DNA from: Candidatus Dormiibacterota bacterium
GTDB taxonomy: Bacteria; Chloroflexota; Dormibacteria; Aeolococcales; Aeolococcaceae
Direction: 5' to 3'
Assembly (NCBI GenBank): GCA_963709585.1
Contig: CAVPXI010000007.1
Coordinates: 160,001-224,000, forward strand
DNA length: 64,000 nt
Shown: piece by piece, positions 29,865-40,988 of the stretch
Position numbering within the stretch: the stretch's first letter is position 1
Layout: every line of letters starts with the position of its first letter
Position numbers and translations under genes: made by a program
The notes under the pieces: generated by a model
Seen by the model: only the letters and a program-made list of their open reading frames with translations
Database searches by the model: none
What the model was told of the DNA's origin: nothing

Positions 29865-30521
29865 GCCGCGCGACCCGTCGAGTCAGCCGCTGGATCGACG
29901 ACCTGCTCCACGATCGCAGCCCACAAGGCCTTCGTTCCAACGAGGACGACGCCAAGGTGCTGGCCGCGGCCATCGAATTCCGGAGCGCCAGCCCCGGAGC
30001 GGGCTTGCCCGACCCACAGTTCGTCGAACTCGCTCCAACGGCGGCTCGCCCGGGAGACTCAGGGCGAGGTGTCCCGATCCCCGCGGGTCTCCAGACGCAC
30101 CCTGCTCGCCAGCGGCGGGTTCGCGGCGGCCACCGCCGCCGCCGGGCTGGTTGTCGGCGACCGCCTCGGCGGCCCGTCGACGCAGCAACACGACCTGCTC
30201 CCGGTTGGGGCGACGTGGACGGCGGTCGCGCTCGTCGCCGATCTGCCTGACGGTATGACGCGTAGCTTCGACACAGGGTCCGTGCGGGGGTTTGTCGTCA
30301 ACCGCGGGGGCAAGATCACCGCACTTTCCGGTGTCTGCACGCACCTCGGCTGCCTGCTTCAGCTGAATGCCAAAGCTCGACGCCTGGATTGCCCCTGCCA
30401 CAACGCCGCCTTCGGCCTCGACGGCAACGTGCTGTTCAACCACATGCCTGATGCGTTGCCGCCGCTGCCGTTGCTGGAGTCGCGAATCCGCGAGGGCAAC
30501 GTCGAGGTGCTGACCGTCTGA
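29861..30521 (+). CDS. Membrane-anchored Rieske [2Fe-2S] protein, putative anti-sigma; one +1 frameshift at ~30028
   Basis: ATGA-coupled to the sigma gene; N-terminal helical domain, internal SRRTLL twin-arginine + TM, CTHLGC and CPCH; GAACTC restores to GACTC. Confidence 0.8.
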
Positions 30522-30855
30522 AGTCAAGGCCTCGCGCAGGGGGTTGTTGCTGAACGGATGCCCGACGGAGGGGCGCCACCGATTGTCATAAAGACATCGG
30601 CAGCCGCCCCTCTCGCGAACCCCTTCCAGTCCCCCTGCGCCATTGTTCAGGTCCGCGGCAGTCGCATACAGAGGCACCTGTTCCATTGGGCATGAGGCAT
30701 TTGCCTCAGCGCATGCGACGACCACTCCCATGCGACTGCACTGCACTTCCGCGCCGGTCATGGCGCCACCCGCGACGACGCCCCACTTCGTGGCGTAGGC
30801 TGCCCCCGGCGACCCCACCGGCGGCGAGCGCCGCGGGGTTCGCGGAGGTGTCCAG

Positions 30856-32130
30856 GTGATGGCAGCGGGTACCACCCCGGCTGGAACAGTGGAGAACGCA
30901 TGGCGTAACGCCCAGCGCCAGTTCGACGAGGCGGCGGAATTGATCGGCCTCGACCCCGCGCTTCGCGCTGTGCTGCGCGAGGTCAAGCGCCAGCTGATCG
31001 TCAGCTTCCCGGTGAAGATGGACGACGGCTCTGTCCGGATGTTTGAGGGATACCGCGTCCAGCACAACATGGCGCGCGGGCCTGCCAAAGGCGGGATCCG
31101 ATACCACCAGGGGGTCACCCTCGACGAGGTCAAGGCGCTGGCCATGTGGATGACCTGGAAGTGCGCCATCGCCGGGTTGCCGTTCGGCGGCGCCAAGGGC
31201 GGCGTGATCGTCGATCCCAAAGTGCTGAGCCTCGGCGAGCTGGAGCGGCTGACCCGCCGCTACGCGACCGAGATCAGCATCGTGATCGGGCCCGAGTCCG
31301 ACATTCCCGCGCCAGACGTCAACACCACCCCGAAGGTGATGGCCTGGATCATGGACACGGTCTCGATGGAGCGAGGCTACTCCGTGCCGGCGGTGGTGAC
31401 CGGCAAGCCGCTTTCGGTGGGAGGCAGCGAAGGTCGCAACGCCGCCACCGGGCGCGGCGTCATGTTCGTCGCTCTTGAGGCGTGCACCAAGCTCGGGCTC
31501 AACCCGGAGGCCGCGACCGTCGCCATCCAGGGGTTCGGCAACGCCGGATCGGTTGCCGCGCGGCTGATGTCGGAGCGGGGTTTCACCATCTGCGCGGTTT
31601 CTGACACTGGTGGCGCTATCTACGCGCCCGCCGGGCTGGACATCGCCGCCGTCATTGCCCACAAGACGCGCACCGGTTCGGTGTCCAACTTCCCCGGGAG
31701 CAACGCGATTGGCGACGCCGAGTTGCTGGAGCTCCCTGTCGATGTGCTGATCCCGGCCGCGCTCGAGCACCAGATCACCTCCGAAAACGCGAGCCGCATT
31801 CAGGCGAAGCTCATCCTCGAGGCGGCGAACGGCCCGGTGACCCCCGATGCCGACGCGATCCTGGAGCGGAACGGAATCATGGTGGTGCCGGACGTCGTCG
31901 CCAACGCAGGCGGTGTGACCGTCTCGTACTTCGAGTGGGTGCAGGACCTGCAGTCCTTCTTCTGGGACGAGGACGAGATCAACGCGCGCCTCGAGAAGGT
32001 GATGCATCGCACCTTCGGCGAGGTCTGGGAGAGCGCCCACGAACACAACGTGTCACTCCGTCACGGCGCGTACTTCCAGGCGATCGAACGTGTTGCCGAG
32101 GCCACGCTTGACCGCGGCATCTACCCCTGA
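30856..32130 (+). CDS. gdhA: Glu/Leu/Phe/Val dehydrogenase (glutamate dehydrogenase)
   Basis: [40 protein letters not shown]. Confidence 0.93.
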   Translation: MMAAGTTPAGTVENAWRNAQRQFDEAAELIGLDPALRAVLREVKRQLIVSFPVKMDDGSVRMFEGYRVQHNMARGPAKGGIRYHQGVTLDEVKALAMWMTWKCAIAGLPFGGAKGGVIVDPKVLSLGELERLTRRYATEISIVIGPESDIPAPDVNTTPKVMAWIMDTVSMERGYSVPAVVTGKPLSVGGSEGRNAATGRGVMFVALEACTKLGLNPEAATVAIQGFGNAGSVAARLMSERGFTICAVSDTGGAIYAPAGLDIAAVIAHKTRTGSVSNFPGSNAIGDAELLELPVDVLIPAALEHQITSENASRIQAKLILEAANGPVTPDADAILERNGIMVVPDVVANAGGVTVSYFEWVQDLQSFFWDEDEINARLEKVMHRTFGEVWESAHEHNVSLRHGAYFQAIERVAEATLDRGIYP

Positions 32131-32134
32131 GACC

Positions 32135-33094
32135 GTGGCGGAGCAGCGCGACGTCATCGGGCCGGTCGACGGGCGCGTCGTGCCTCGCTACACAGGCCTG
32201 AGCACGTTCGCGCGACTACCGCGCATCGAGGACGTCGCACACGCCGATGTCGCGGTCGTCGGCGTCCCGTTTGATTCGGGGGTCAGCTACCGGCCGGGCG
32301 CACGGTTCGGTCCGGCCCACATCCGCCAATCCTCCCGGCTGCTGCGTCCGTACAACCCCGCGCTCGACATCGGCCCGTTCGATGGGCAGCAGGTCGCGGA
32401 CGCCGGCGACGTCGCCTGCAATCCCTTCAACATCGCCGAGGCGATCACCCAGATCGAGACGGCGGCGACGGCGCTTCTCGAACGCGGTGCGCGCCTCATC
32501 ACGCTCGGCGGCGACCACACCATCGCCCTCCCGCTCCTGCGCGCCATGCACAAGCGGCACGGGCCGGTGGCGGTGCTTCACTTCGACGCCCACCTCGACA
32601 CGTGGGATACGTACTTCGGCGAACCGTACACGCACGGAACGCCGTTTCGGCGCGCGTCCGAGGAGGGCCTCATCGATCTCGGACACTCGATGCACATCGG
32701 CATTCGCGGGCCCCTCTACGATCGAAGCGACCTCGTCGACACCGAGCGTCTCGGCTTCACCACGATCAGCTGCGTCGAGATCGAGGAGCTCGGTGTCGCC
32801 GGGACCGTCGCACGCATGCGCGACCGTCTCGGCCGAGGTCCTGTGTACGTCTCGATCGACATCGACGTCCTCGATCCCGCCCACGCGCCGGCGACCGGGA
32901 CGCCCGAGGCCGGAGGGATGACCAGCCGCGAGTTGCTCGGCGTCATCCGCGGCATCGCCGGTCTGCAGGTCGCCTCCGCCGACATCGTCGAGGTCGCCCC
33001 ACCCTTCGATCACGCCGAGATCACCGGCATCGCGGCCGCTCACGTCGTCTATGAGCTGCTGTCAGTCATGGCACCAACCCACGGAGGAGAGTAG
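32135..33094 (+). CDS. speB: Agmatinase / ureohydrolase (possibly guanidinobutyrase)
   Basis: [23 protein letters not shown]. Confidence 0.9.
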   Translation: MAEQRDVIGPVDGRVVPRYTGLSTFARLPRIEDVAHADVAVVGVPFDSGVSYRPGARFGPAHIRQSSRLLRPYNPALDIGPFDGQQVADAGDVACNPFNIAEAITQIETAATALLERGARLITLGGDHTIALPLLRAMHKRHGPVAVLHFDAHLDTWDTYFGEPYTHGTPFRRASEEGLIDLGHSMHIGIRGPLYDRSDLVDTERLGFTTISCVEIEELGVAGTVARMRDRLGRGPVYVSIDIDVLDPAHAPATGTPEAGGMTSRELLGVIRGIAGLQVASADIVEVAPPFDHAEITGIAAAHVVYELLSVMAPTHGGE

Positions 33095-33099
33095 ACACC

Positions 33100-34560
33100 A
33101 TGGCAACCGAAACCGCCCACCAGGCGCCACCGCGCGGGCTCGAGGTCCGATCGATCGATTACGTGCCGCTCGCCGAGCGTCACGGCAAGCTCTGGCACCT
33201 CGGACCGCTATGGTTCATGAGCAACGCGCAGATCGCGACGCTCGCCGTCGGGCTGGTGAGCATCACGACCGGCGGCAACGTGATCTGGTCCCTGCTGGCG
33301 ATCCTCGCCGGGGTCCTCTTCGGCACCTTTTTCATGGCCTTCCACTCAGCGCAGGGTCCGCAGCTCGGACTGCCCCAGATGATCCAGTCGCGCCCGCAGT
33401 TCGGCTACATCGGCGCGCTGCTGGTGTGGCTGTTCGCGTACCTCCAGTACGCCGGGTTCAACGTCTTCAACACCATCCTGGCCGGTCAGGGTGTGGCCGT
33501 GACCGTCGGCGGCGACCCGAGGATCTGGATCGTCATCGCCACGGTGCTCGCGCTCATCGTGGCCCTGGTCGGGTATGACCTCATCCATCGCGTCGAGCGG
33601 TTCTTGACCTACGCGTTCATCGTGCTCTTCGGGCTGTTCACGATCGTGGTCGTTCTCAAGGTCGGGCTCCCCGCGGACTCCTTCAACCTTGGCCATTTCC
33701 AGGCGACCCCGTTCCTGGCGCAGTTCGGCGTGGTGGCGGGCTACCAGATCAGCTGGGCGATCTACGTGTCCGACTACTCACGCTACCTGCCCCCCAACGT
33801 CACCATCAGCCGCACCTTCTACTGGACGTACGGCGGGTCCGCACTCGGTGCCTTCTGGCTCATGGCTCTCGGCACCCTGCTCGCCGCGTCGCTCAAGACC
33901 GGGGCGATCTTCGACACCATCGGGTCGATCCATAACGCGGGCAACCTGCTGTTCAACGGCTTCGGCGGCATCATCCTCATCTTCTCGGCGCTTGGACTCA
34001 TCTCAGTGACCGCGCTGAACATGTACGGCGGATCGCTGACACTCATCAGCGCCATCGACTCCTTCGTCAAGATCCGCCCGACGCTGAGCGTCCGTGCGAT
34101 CACCATCACCATCACCGCCGCGCTCGGGTTGATCGGAGCGCTGATCAGCTCGCAGGACTTCCTCAACAACTTCACCAACTTCCTCCTCCTGGTGCTCTAC
34201 TTCTTCATCCCGTGGACCTCGGTCAACCTCGTCGACTACTACATCGTGCGGCGCGGGCACTACGCGATCGAGCAGATTTTTACGCCCGACGGCATCTACG
34301 GTCGCTGGGGCTGGCGTGGGATCGTGAGCTACCTCATCGGCTTCGCCGCGATGACCCCCTTCTTCAGCACCGGGTTGTACGAGGGCTTCGTCGCCAAAGA
34401 CCTCGGGGGCGCAGACATCTCCATCTTCATCGGGCTGCCGGTGGCCGCGATCCTCTATTACGTGCTCACCCGCTCGCTCGACACCGCACACGAACGCGCG
34501 GTTGCGGCGCAGACGGACGTGAATCTCGAGCAACTCGCCGAGGCGCACTCGCGGACCTAG
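33100..34560 (+). CDS. Purine-cytosine permease (NCS1 family)
   Basis: 'PQMIQSRPQFG', 'SDYSRYLP', ~12 TM. Confidence 0.92.
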   Translation: MATETAHQAPPRGLEVRSIDYVPLAERHGKLWHLGPLWFMSNAQIATLAVGLVSITTGGNVIWSLLAILAGVLFGTFFMAFHSAQGPQLGLPQMIQSRPQFGYIGALLVWLFAYLQYAGFNVFNTILAGQGVAVTVGGDPRIWIVIATVLALIVALVGYDLIHRVERFLTYAFIVLFGLFTIVVVLKVGLPADSFNLGHFQATPFLAQFGVVAGYQISWAIYVSDYSRYLPPNVTISRTFYWTYGGSALGAFWLMALGTLLAASLKTGAIFDTIGSIHNAGNLLFNGFGGIILIFSALGLISVTALNMYGGSLTLISAIDSFVKIRPTLSVRAITITITAALGLIGALISSQDFLNNFTNFLLLVLYFFIPWTSVNLVDYYIVRRGHYAIEQIFTPDGIYGRWGWRGIVSYLIGFAAMTPFFSTGLYEGFVAKDLGGADISIFIGLPVAAILYYVLTRSLDTAHERAVAAQTDVNLEQLAEAHSRT

Positions 34561-34565
34561 ACGGC

Positions 34566-36014
34566 ATGACAACGGACGCATTCGCTGCCGACGCCTTTGC
34601 GTCGGCGGCCTCCGTCCGTGCGGGCGAGGTGTCGGCAGCTGAGCTGGTCGAGGCGTCGCTCGATGCGATCGCTCGCGACAACCCTGCGATCAACGCGTTC
34701 ACCGTGGTCCTGGCGGACGAGGCGCGCGCGCAGGCTCGCGACGCCGATGCCGCGGTCAGTCGCGGCGAGCAGGCGCCGCTCCTCGGCGTTCCGATCACCA
34801 TCAAGGACCACATCTGGATGCGTGGCGCACCCGCGACCAACGGATCGCTCGCATACCGCACCTTCGTCCCGGACGTGGACTGCGAGGCGGTCGCGAGGCT
34901 GAGAGCCGCGGGCGCGATCATCGTCGGCAAGACGAACAACCCCGAATTCTGTTATCGCGGGACCACCGACAATCGCGTGTTCGGTGTGACCCGCAACCCG
35001 TGGAACCTGTCGCGGACCCCGGGCGGCTCGAGCGGCGGCGCCGGCGCATCCGTTGCCGCCGGGATGACGCCGATCGCGCTCGGGACCGACGGTGGTGGCT
35101 CGGTTCGGATCCCCGCGTCGTTCTGCGGAGTCGTTGGCCACAAGCCGACCTTCGGCCTGGTGCCGAAGGAGCCAGGGTTCAAGGGCTGGAAGACGCTTTC
35201 GGTCGACGGTCCGATCACGCGCTCGGTGCGCGACGCCGCCCTCGCGCTCTCCGTTCTGGCAGGCCCCGCCGCTGCCGACGACATGACCTATCCCGTCCCA
35301 GCGCAGGACTATGTCGCGGCCGCCACCGAGGAGCGCGACATCAGCTCGCTTCGCATCGCCTACAGCGTTGACATGGGATTCGCTCCGGTCGACCCCGATG
35401 TGCGAACCGCTTTTGCCCGCGCCATCGACACGCTCTCAAATCTCGGGTGCAACCTCACCGAGGTCTATCCGTCGACGGACAACCCGATCACGATGTGGAA
35501 CCTCTTCGCCCTCTGCGAGGGTTACGCATCGGAGGGGCCGCTGCTCGCGGAATGGGAGTCGCAGATGAGCCCGGGAACAGCGGAGATCATCCGCGCCGGG
35601 CGAGATCTCGCCGGGTGGGAATACGTCGATGGCCTGCATGCACGTGGCGCGTACACGCGAATCTGGTCGGAATTCTTCACCGGCTACGACCTGCTGGTCA
35701 CGCCGTGCATGCAGCTCACCGCCTTCGACATCGACATCCTGTCGCCGGCATCGATCGACGGCCAGCCCGTCGATCCGTTCTTCGACGACTGGTGCAGCCT
35801 CATGCTCCCCGCGAACCTCACCGGGCAGCCCGCGATCTCTATCCCGATGGGTTTTGGAGACGACGGACTTCCGGTCGGCCTGCAGGTGATGGGGCGCCGC
35901 TTTGACGACGCGACGGTGATCGCGCTGGCTGCCGCGTTCGAGCGGGCGGCACCCCGGAAAGGCCTTGTGGACGTGGGATCGGGGTTCGAGTACCCTCGGG
36001 TCATCGAGCGCTGA
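34566..36014 (+). CDS. Amidase (AS family)
   Basis: IKD, GGSSGG, GTDGGGSVRIP. Confidence 0.93.
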   Translation: MTTDAFAADAFASAASVRAGEVSAAELVEASLDAIARDNPAINAFTVVLADEARAQARDADAAVSRGEQAPLLGVPITIKDHIWMRGAPATNGSLAYRTFVPDVDCEAVARLRAAGAIIVGKTNNPEFCYRGTTDNRVFGVTRNPWNLSRTPGGSSGGAGASVAAGMTPIALGTDGGGSVRIPASFCGVVGHKPTFGLVPKEPGFKGWKTLSVDGPITRSVRDAALALSVLAGPAAADDMTYPVPAQDYVAAATEERDISSLRIAYSVDMGFAPVDPDVRTAFARAIDTLSNLGCNLTEVYPSTDNPITMWNLFALCEGYASEGPLLAEWESQMSPGTAEIIRAGRDLAGWEYVDGLHARGAYTRIWSEFFTGYDLLVTPCMQLTAFDIDILSPASIDGQPVDPFFDDWCSLMLPANLTGQPAISIPMGFGDDGLPVGLQVMGRRFDDATVIALAAAFERAAPRKGLVDVGSGFEYPRVIER

Positions 36015-36038
36015 GGAGGTCTATTTCGGGCGACGGCA

Positions 36039-39000
36039 GTGAAGGAGCGCACCCTCTGCCCGATTCTGGTCGGCCGTGAATCCGAGCTGGCTGCCCTGGA
36101 AGACGCCCTGATCGATGCCGCCCGTGCTGACGGGCGCTTCGTGGTCATCGCCGGCGACGCCGGGATGGGCAAGACGCGGCTCACCAGCGAGGCTCAGGGA
36201 TGCGCTGCCAGGCTCGGCTTCACGACTCTTCGCGGTGGCTGCGCACCGATGGACGTCGCCATCCCGTATCTGCCGTTGCTCGAGGCGGCCGGCAACGGGC
36301 TCGCACGCTCCGACCTCGCCCGCGTGCGTGCCTGGGTGGGACCCGCGGCCGCTGAGCTGGGAAGTCTGTTTCCGCAGCTGGAGGATGACACGCAGCCAGA
36401 GGCGCGCAACGCCGGAGGCGAGGGCACGCTGCGCCTCTTCGAGTCGGTGGTCATGCTCCTCAGCGCCCTCGGCGAGGGCGGTCCCCTGCTCTTCATCATC
36501 GAGGACCTGCAGTGGTCTGACCCCGCAACGCGCGACCTGGTCGACTACCTCGCCCGCCGCGCTCCGAGCCTGCCGTTGCTCGTGCTGGCGACGTATCGCA
36601 GTGACGAGCTGCACCGCCGCCACCCACTCCGTTCGACCGTGCACGGGTGGCGGCGTGGTGGACTCGCTGAATTCGTCGAACTCGCGCCGTTGAAACGTGA
36701 GGACGTGAGCGCGATGTCGCAGGCGATCCTCGACGACGAGGTGTCCGAAGAGTTTCGCGATTACATCCACGATCGAACCGAGGGGAGCCCGCTCGCGCTC
36801 GAGGAGATGCTCCGCGAGGCGATCGATCGCGGCGACATCTTTCGCTCCGCACGTGGTTGGGATCGCAAGCCGCTCACCCAGCTCCGGATTCCGCGGGCCG
36901 TTGCCGAGGTCGTCCTGTTGCGCCTGGATCGGCTCGACGAGCAGAAGACGTCGGTTCTGAGTGCGGCGTCGGTGCTCGGACGATCCTTCAGCTACGGCGC
37001 GCTCGCGGCCATCACCGCCCTGATCGACTCGACGGTGCGTGGCGCGCTCGAGGAATTGGTGAAGGACCAGATGCTCGAGCCCGACGCCGACGTACGGGGA
37101 TCCTTCCGCTTCCGGCACGCGCTCATCCAGGAGGCCGTGTACGACCAGATCCTCTCGCCACATCGTGACGACCTGCACCTCCGCGTTGCCGGCGTGCTGC
37201 GCGACGCGAACGCGCCCGGGGTGGAGGTGGGAAGTCATCTCCTCCGTGGCGGGCGAATCGACGAGGCAGTGCCGGTGCTGCTCGTGGCCGCGGACGAAGC
37301 GATGACCAACTTCGCGGCGCGCACGGCAGTCGAGGTCTACATGCGCGTGCTGCCGCACATCGGTGACTTTGCGCTTCGGGGACGCGTGCTCTGCCGGCTC
37401 GGCGAATCGTTGTGGCGGAGCAGCCAGGTCACGGCTGCCGAACGTTGCCTGCGCGACGCGATCGCGGTCGTCATGCCCGGCGACGACCCGGCACTGGCGG
37501 CGCGCTGCAGACACCTGCTCGGGGCATGCCTGCACGATCAGGGCCGCACCGACGAGGAAGAGGCGGAGTACCAGGCCGCACTCCTGATGCTCGCGCCCCT
37601 GGGTCCCAGCGAGGACCTCGCCACCGTGTATCTGCGGCTTTCGCGACTGCGATGGAGCCGGTGCGACGACGCCGGAACCATCGCGATGGCCGGCGACGCT
37701 ATCAACGTTGCGGAGATGGCCCATGCCGATGCGGTGCGCATCTGGGCAGGGACGTACCTGGGCGCGGCAACCGCCGACCAGGGTGATACCGACGCCGGGC
37801 TCGAGGTGCTGCAGCGCTGCTGCGATGAAGCGGTCGTCAAGCAGATGTACTGGATTGCGGCATCCGCGCTACGTCTCGAGATGGACGTGCTCATCCGCGC
37901 CCTGCGCCACCGCGAGGTTCCCGCCCTGCTCAGCAAACTCCGAGCGGTGCCCGGGATGTCTCCCGCCGATGAGGCGGTCGCGGGGTGCATCGAAGCAACG
38001 GTCGCGTTCGAGCAAGGCGATGTGGTGAGGTGCGTCGTGCTCGTCGAGGACGCGCAGAAGATGGCTCGGCGCGCCGGCCAGGAGCACATCGCTGAGGGTG
38101 CGACCCTGCTGCTCGCGGCTGCTCATCTTGCGAGCGACGAGCTCCTCGCCGCACGCTCACTGCTCTCCCCGATCGAGTTTTCGAGTTCCGCGTTGTTGGA
38201 GTTGCTCCTCCCGACAGCGGTGACTCTCGATATCGTTGAGAACGATGCTGCGGCTGCGGCGAGCAAGGCGCAGGTCGCGCTCACTCGTCTCAGCGATACA
38301 GAGGTGGGCGCGATCATCTCCGAGGCCGCCGTCCGCGCCTTTGTTGCAGCCGGGCGGATCGACGAAGCCGAGCGCCTGCTTTCCAGCGCCCACAACTTTG
38401 CGGGGCCCGCACGCGAGCCGTACCTGGAGCGTGCCGCTGGCGCGATCGCGCTGGCAGCGGGACGACCTGCCGACGCAATCGGTGTGTTCGAACGCGCCGC
38501 GGCGACGTTTGCGCGAGCCGGGTCCAGATGGGAGGAACTGTGGACTCGGCTGTTGCTTGCGCGCGCTCGCGCCGCTGCCGGCGATGCGGCGGCTGCGGCC
38601 GACGACCTCGCGAACGCGTCTGCTGATGCCGAGAGGTCGGGCATCCGGCTGATTTCGCGCATCGCCAGGGAGATCCACACGGAGCTCAACCTTCCGGGCC
38701 CGGAGCGCGCAGCCGCCGGTGCGGCTCCCAGCGCGCCGAGCGACGACGCGACCGACTTCGACGCATCAGGTGGGACGGTGAGTGTTGTTGCCAGGGCAAA
38801 CGGCGCCCGCACCTCTGACCGTTGGCGGGCGTGGGGCAGGCGCGAAGCGCAGCGCCTGCACGGTGTCGTCGACGGCGCCCCTGGAGCGGTCACCGCGATA
38901 TTCGCCGGCGTGGGGGCGGATGATGCCTGGACCAACGCGCTTCGCTTCGCACTCGGGCTACGCGACAAGGGAACCCTCCTCGGCATGCCGGTCAGCGCGG

Positions 39001-39815
39001 GCGTTGCGGGCACCGCGGCCGATGCGATCCGTTTGCTCGCGGCAACCGCCTCGAACGACATCCTGGCAGGTGAGGAGATGTCGACCCAGGCGCGCGCGTG
39101 GCTCGATGCCCGGCAGCTCATCGACAGCGACCCCGCAACGGGAAGGTCGGTGCGTCTGCGCGCGCGCGTCGCCACGTCGCGGGCGGCACCGGTCGCGGCG
39201 CGGAAGGCCGCCGACGCGGCTCCTTTCGTGGAGGAGAATGAGCTCGTCCTCGAAGGTGACTTCTGGTCGGTGCGCTACGCCGGGAGGACGGTCCGCCTCA
39301 GGGACACCAAGGGATTCCACGACATCGCGCGACTGCTCGCGGCGGGCGGAACCGAGGTGGCGGCGGTGGATCTCATCGGAGCCCGCAGTCCTGCAGGTGC
39401 GAGCCTCAGCGGCATGCCGAGTTAGGGGTTCGGCATCGAGCGGGACGCGGGCGGCGTGCTCGATCCCGAGGCACGCGAGCAGTACCGGTCACGCCTGCGT
39501 GAGCTCGAACTCGAACTCGAGGATGCGGCTGCGGCCCACGACCCGGTGCGCGAGGAGCGAGCCCGGGACGAGCGCGAGTTCCTGCTCGCTGAACTGCGGT
39601 CGGCGGTCGGATTACACGGGCGCACGCGGCGCGCCATCGACCCTTCGGAGCGCGCGCGCAAGGCGGTGACCTGGCGGATCCGCGACGCGATCACCCGCGC
39701 CGAGGCGGTACACCCCCCGCTCGGGCATCACCTGCGGCGATCGGTGCGCACCGGGACCCTGTGCGTCTACGACCCCCCGGAGCCCACCCTGTGGACTTTC
39801 GTCAGCGGGGAATAA
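36039..39815 (+). CDS. AAA ATPase-TPR regulator with a C-terminal DNA-binding-like domain, interrupted by an in-frame TAG at 39423
   Basis: GDAGMGKT, IEDLQWSD, FRFRHAL; ORF 39456-39815 is in frame after the single TAG ('ERARKAVTWRIRDAI..SVRTG'). Confidence 0.8.
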
Positions 39816-40059
39816 TCCAATCCTTGACCCAGAGATGGCAGGTGTCGCACAGGCAAAAGCCCTGCACGTACTGGGCGGCCTCCTGGTGGCCCGGCGAATC
39901 CTGATGGCCGCTAGGGGGGTGCGGATGTCCAGCGAAAAAAACGCACCGCCCAGGGCATTTCGGATCCGCATTAGGAACGTTCGGATTCGCCTCCCGGTGA
40001 TAGTGGGGACAGCGTGGGCCTGGCGCCACGACCGCCGCCACATCGGGGCCGTTGGACAT
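39802..40059 (-). CDS. Small Cys/His-rich hypothetical protein (85 aa)
   Basis: GGAGG RBS; CPHYH, CPGRC, HPH, CLCDTCH. Confidence 0.6.
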   Translation of the reverse strand: MSNGPDVAAVVAPGPRCPHYHREANPNVPNADPKCPGRCVFFAGHPHPPSGHQDSPGHQEAAQYVQGFCLCDTCHLWVKDWIIPR

Positions 40060-40106
40060 ATCTCTTCCTCCGGCTCCCGATGATAGCGGCGTCCCCCCTG
40101 CTTGTG

Positions 40107-40328
40107 TCAGAGCGTCGAGCGCGACGCTGAGACGTTGGGCATCTGCGACACCTTCCTGCCAGGCCGGAACCACGAGCTGAGCGGGCGGCGAGCGCCGGTC
40201 AGCGCAGAGTCCGCCCTGCGCTCCTCGCGCGCGGCGGCTTTCGCCTGCTGCACGAGCCGGTGCCGCTCGGCTTCGCGAAGTCGATCCGCCATGCGCTCCT
40301 TCGCCATGTCGTAGGTGATCGGGATCAT
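40107..40328 (-). CDS. Small hypothetical protein (73 aa)
   Basis: GGAGG RBS; charged helix 'ADRLREAERHRL'. Confidence 0.65.
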   Translation of the reverse strand: MIPITYDMAKERMADRLREAERHRLVQQAKAAAREERRADSALTGARRPLSSWFRPGRKVSQMPNVSASRSTL

Positions 40329-40440
40329 CGCCTTGCCTCCGTAGGTACTCACCGGTTCAGCCGGTGCTCACCCATCACGGCGCGAGGAAGACCCTGGCGA
40401 TGCGAGGCACCGCCGCGCGAGTTCGCCGCCGCCCTAGACC

Positions 40441-40860
40441 TCAGCGCGGAAAGGGCTTTGTCTGCCCAACCTCGATCAGGTGCCCATCGGGATCACGGAT
40501 GTAGGCACGGATCTCGCGTTCGTGATCCTTCGGCTCGGTGAGGAACGTCGCGCCCTTGGCGGACCACTCTGCGTACGCCTTATGGATGTCGGCGACGCGC
40601 ACGTTGAGGAACGCGCTGGTGCGGTCGGGATCGGACGGCGTCGTGAGCGTGACCGTCGGCTTGTCGTCGGTGGGGCCACCGCCGACATTGAGGATCAGCC
40701 ACGTGTTCGCCACCTTCAAGATCACCGGATCTCGCTCCAACACGACCGTCGCGTCGAAGAGCGTCCGGTAGTACTCGCGCGACCGATCCTGGTCGGACAC
40801 GACCAGGAAGTGGGTGATCACGAAGCCGCTGGCCGGAGCGGGCAGATCGTCAGGATTCAT
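40441..40860 (-). CDS. VOC/glyoxalase family protein
   Basis: GAGG RBS; 'VSDQDRSREYY', 'RDPDGHLIEVG'. Confidence 0.9.
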   Translation of the reverse strand: MNPDDLPAPASGFVITHFLVVSDQDRSREYYRTLFDATVVLERDPVILKVANTWLILNVGGGPTDDKPTVTLTTPSDPDRTSAFLNVRVADIHKAYAEWSAKGATFLTEPKDHEREIRAYIRDPDGHLIEVGQTKPFPR

Positions 40861-40988
40861 CGGCCGACACCTCAATTGCTGGTTGATCTCCACGGTACGC
40901 CGAGCTACACCCCCGTGCACCGCGCTTTGCCTACGATGGCACCGCCGGCTCACGAACGGCACCGACTGTCAGCGAGACCGTAGGAGAA

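Noticed and set aside
30700-30800. Guanidine-II riboswitch (two ACGA words) before the gdh-agmatinase operon
   Set aside because: The ACGA words are not closed by stems and are too far apart.
30706-32046. Long antisense ORFs (also 8222-9538, 36021-37724, 49683-51044 and others)
   Set aside because: Shadow frames of high-GC genes with no family motifs.
39423-39425. Pyrrolysine or programmed amber readthrough
   Set aside because: No pyl genes in the window, other TAGs act as normal stops, and the site fits the GAGTC error pattern.
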